A DNA stretch of 64,000 nucleotides from Verrucomicrobiia bacterium (lineage in GTDB: Bacteria > Verrucomicrobiota > Verrucomicrobiia > Limisphaerales > Palsa-1400), in assembly GCA_035551475.1 (NCBI GenBank), contig DASZMX010000053.1, positions 32,328 through 96,327 on the forward strand, read 5' to 3'. Each line of letters starts with the position of its first letter. Position 1 is the stretch's first letter. A program made the translations under genes and the position numbers. This document shows, one piece after another, positions 62,466 through 64,000 of this stretch. Below the pieces are notes generated by a model. It searched no databases and was not told the origin of the DNA. It saw only the letters and a program-made list of their open reading frames with translations.

Positions 62466-63984
62466 TATCCAACGGCGCCTCTTGATCCTCTGGGCGCTGG
62501 CCCTGGCCTTTTTCCAATTTTCCGAAAACACGGCGGACCCCGATCTTTGGGCGCACGCCATGTTTGGCGAGCAACTGCTCCGTTCCGGCCATGTGCAGAA
62601 AACGGAGATTTTTTCCTGGACCGCTTTCGGGCAGCCCTTTGTCAACCATGAAGTCCTGGCGGAGGCCGCCCTCGGCGGCGCCCATGCGCTCGGCGGCGGC
62701 TCCGGCATTCTGCTGCTCAAGATGCTCGTCGGTTTTCTCACGTTCGGCGTGGCCCTGCGCTTGGGCGGGTCGGCGCTCGCTGTCTCCCGCCGCCCGATCG
62801 CATGGCTTGTCGGCGCGCTGGCGGTGGTGGAAATTTCCTTCGGCTTTGCCGCGCGGCCGCAAATCTTCACCGCCCTCGGCCTGGCCCTCGAATTTTGGTG
62901 CCTGCGTCAGATTTATCTCGGAAAAATTCGCTGGGCCGCCGCGTTGCCTGCCTTGTTTTTTCTCTGGATCAACACCCATGGCGGCGTCCTCGCGGGCCTT
63001 GCGCTGCTCTTCGCCGCTGCCGCCGCGAATACGCTGCAAAAACGCGGCTCCCCGCTGCTTCTTTGGCTTGTCAGCCTCATCTGCGCCGCCACGCTGCTGC
63101 TGAATCCGTGGGGGTTCGAACTTCCGCGCTCCATCGTCGAGGCTGACTTATGGAACCGTTCCGCCATTCAGGAATGGCGCGCCACGCCCCTGGGCTGGGA
63201 TCACGCCGCCGTGTTTGTCCTCCTCGCGCTGGCGTTGATCTCATTCTGCTTTTCACGCCGCCCGCGCGCGTGGTGGGAAATTGCCATGTGCGCCGTGCTG
63301 GGGTTGCTGGCCATCCGCACCGTGCGCCACACCCCGCTTTTTTGCATCGCCGCGCTATCGTTTGTCCCGCCGCATCTGGCAGACGTGTTGGATCGCGCCG
63401 GCGCCCGCCTGGCCGCGTGGCGCGCGCTTTATCTCAGCCCGTTGACCTCGGTTTTCTTCGTCTTGACGGCGGCCGCGATGCTCGTTTGCTCCTTCACGCT
63501 CCGCAAAGAATTCCCGCTGACCATGGAAGTCCCGCGCCGCGAATATCCGCTGGCCGCGATCCAGTTCATCCGCGGCCACGACCTGCGCGGCAATGCCCTG
63601 ATGTTTTTTGATTGGGGCGAACTCTGCCTTTGGGAATTGCCGCACGTCGCCGTCTCGATGGACGGCCGGATGGACACCTGTTATTCCCACGAGTTGTTCG
63701 AGGAGCATTGGAAGTTTTACAACGGCCTGAGCGTCAATACGAACATTCTCGACCTCGATCGCGCCGACCTCGCCCTGCTACCGGCCAATCTCGCCGGCGC
63801 CGCCGCCCTGGCCGCGCGTCCCGGCTGGCAGGCCGTTTATGTTGACTCGCTCGCGGTGGTGCTGGCGCACAATCCAAAGCGCTTTCCCGGGTTGCCGCGC
63901 GGGGCGTGGCCGGTGCATGGCCCCCTTTCCGCCACGGTTGGCTCCGCGCCCTTTCCGTCCGCTCCTTCCGCCCGCGTTTTATAA
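62449..63984 (+). CDS. large polytopic membrane protein of unknown function (GT-C-like topology is a possibility only)
   Basis: About 11 hydrophobic helices, then a ~170-aa soluble C-terminal region. ATG 62449 overlaps the ferredoxin 3' end by 17 nt. The longer ORF 62293 is rejected. Confidence 0.6.
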   Translation: MAIKPDIQRRLLILWALALAFFQFSENTADPDLWAHAMFGEQLLRSGHVQKTEIFSWTAFGQPFVNHEVLAEAALGGAHALGGGSGILLLKMLVGFLTFGVALRLGGSALAVSRRPIAWLVGALAVVEISFGFAARPQIFTALGLALEFWCLRQIYLGKIRWAAALPALFFLWINTHGGVLAGLALLFAAAAANTLQKRGSPLLLWLVSLICAATLLLNPWGFELPRSIVEADLWNRSAIQEWRATPLGWDHAAVFVLLALALISFCFSRRPRAWWEIAMCAVLGLLAIRTVRHTPLFCIAALSFVPPHLADVLDRAGARLAAWRALYLSPLTSVFFVLTAAAMLVCSFTLRKEFPLTMEVPRREYPLAAIQFIRGHDLRGNALMFFDWGELCLWELPHVAVSMDGRMDTCYSHELFEEHWKFYNGLSVNTNILDLDRADLALLPANLAGAAALAARPGWQAVYVDSLAVVLAHNPKRFPGLPRGAWPVHGPLSATVGSAPFPSAPSARVL

Positions 63985-64000
63985 TCCCGTCGGGTGGTCT

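Overview
High-GC (about 60%), densely coding chromosomal segment with about 57 CDS and 2 tRNAs. I saw no transposase, integrase, CRISPR array or rRNA. It is probably from a PVC-superphylum bacterium resembling Verrucomicrobiota. That is an inference from the DUF1559/H-X9-DG pseudopilin, the giant Reg_prop/Y_Y_Y kinase, the LamG plus Asp-box secreted protein and the small SET-domain protein.

Content from left to right:
- A tightly overlapping plus-strand gene string: stand-alone coaC, a histidine kinase, a sigma-54 response regulator, an HpnD-like squalene synthase, hpnK and a 4-TM EamA protein. An HpnG-like nucleosidase and a PolB-type exonuclease sit opposite.
- Housekeeping genes: an esterase, fdhA, miaA-lgt and purH.
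- An AraC regulator with two GyrI-like domains.
- A NarL-type regulator with a 1369-aa sensor kinase predicted to carry three beta-propellers.
- A pseudopilin, a Gfo/Idh/MocA oxidoreductase, an NCS1 permease and a LamG/Asp-box protein.
- A pyrimidine-nucleoside operon (class-III aminotransferase, cdd, pdp, nupC).
- An operon of a catalytic-domain-less ALDH paralog, deoC and a full-length ALDH.
- tRNA-Ser.
- A minus-strand string: DUF892, Sua5, TolC-family OMP, GH-A/GT2/multi-TM synthase fusion and thyA.
- A SET-domain gene.
- A RecB-like nuclease fused to an XPD/DinG Fe-S helicase, followed by a 707-aa membrane-anchored STN-domain protein.
- A sugar nucleotidyltransferase and an HpnI/GT21-like glycosyltransferase.
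- A complete nuoB-nuoN cluster that lacks nuoA and carries an antisense tRNA-Gln between nuoE and nuoF.
- A small ferredoxin and a large polytopic membrane protein.

All calls rest on motif recognition by eye in the supplied ORF translations and DNA. No database search was run. Start codons were trimmed where the ORF track clearly over-extends. The track uses GTG and TTG starts, shown as M.
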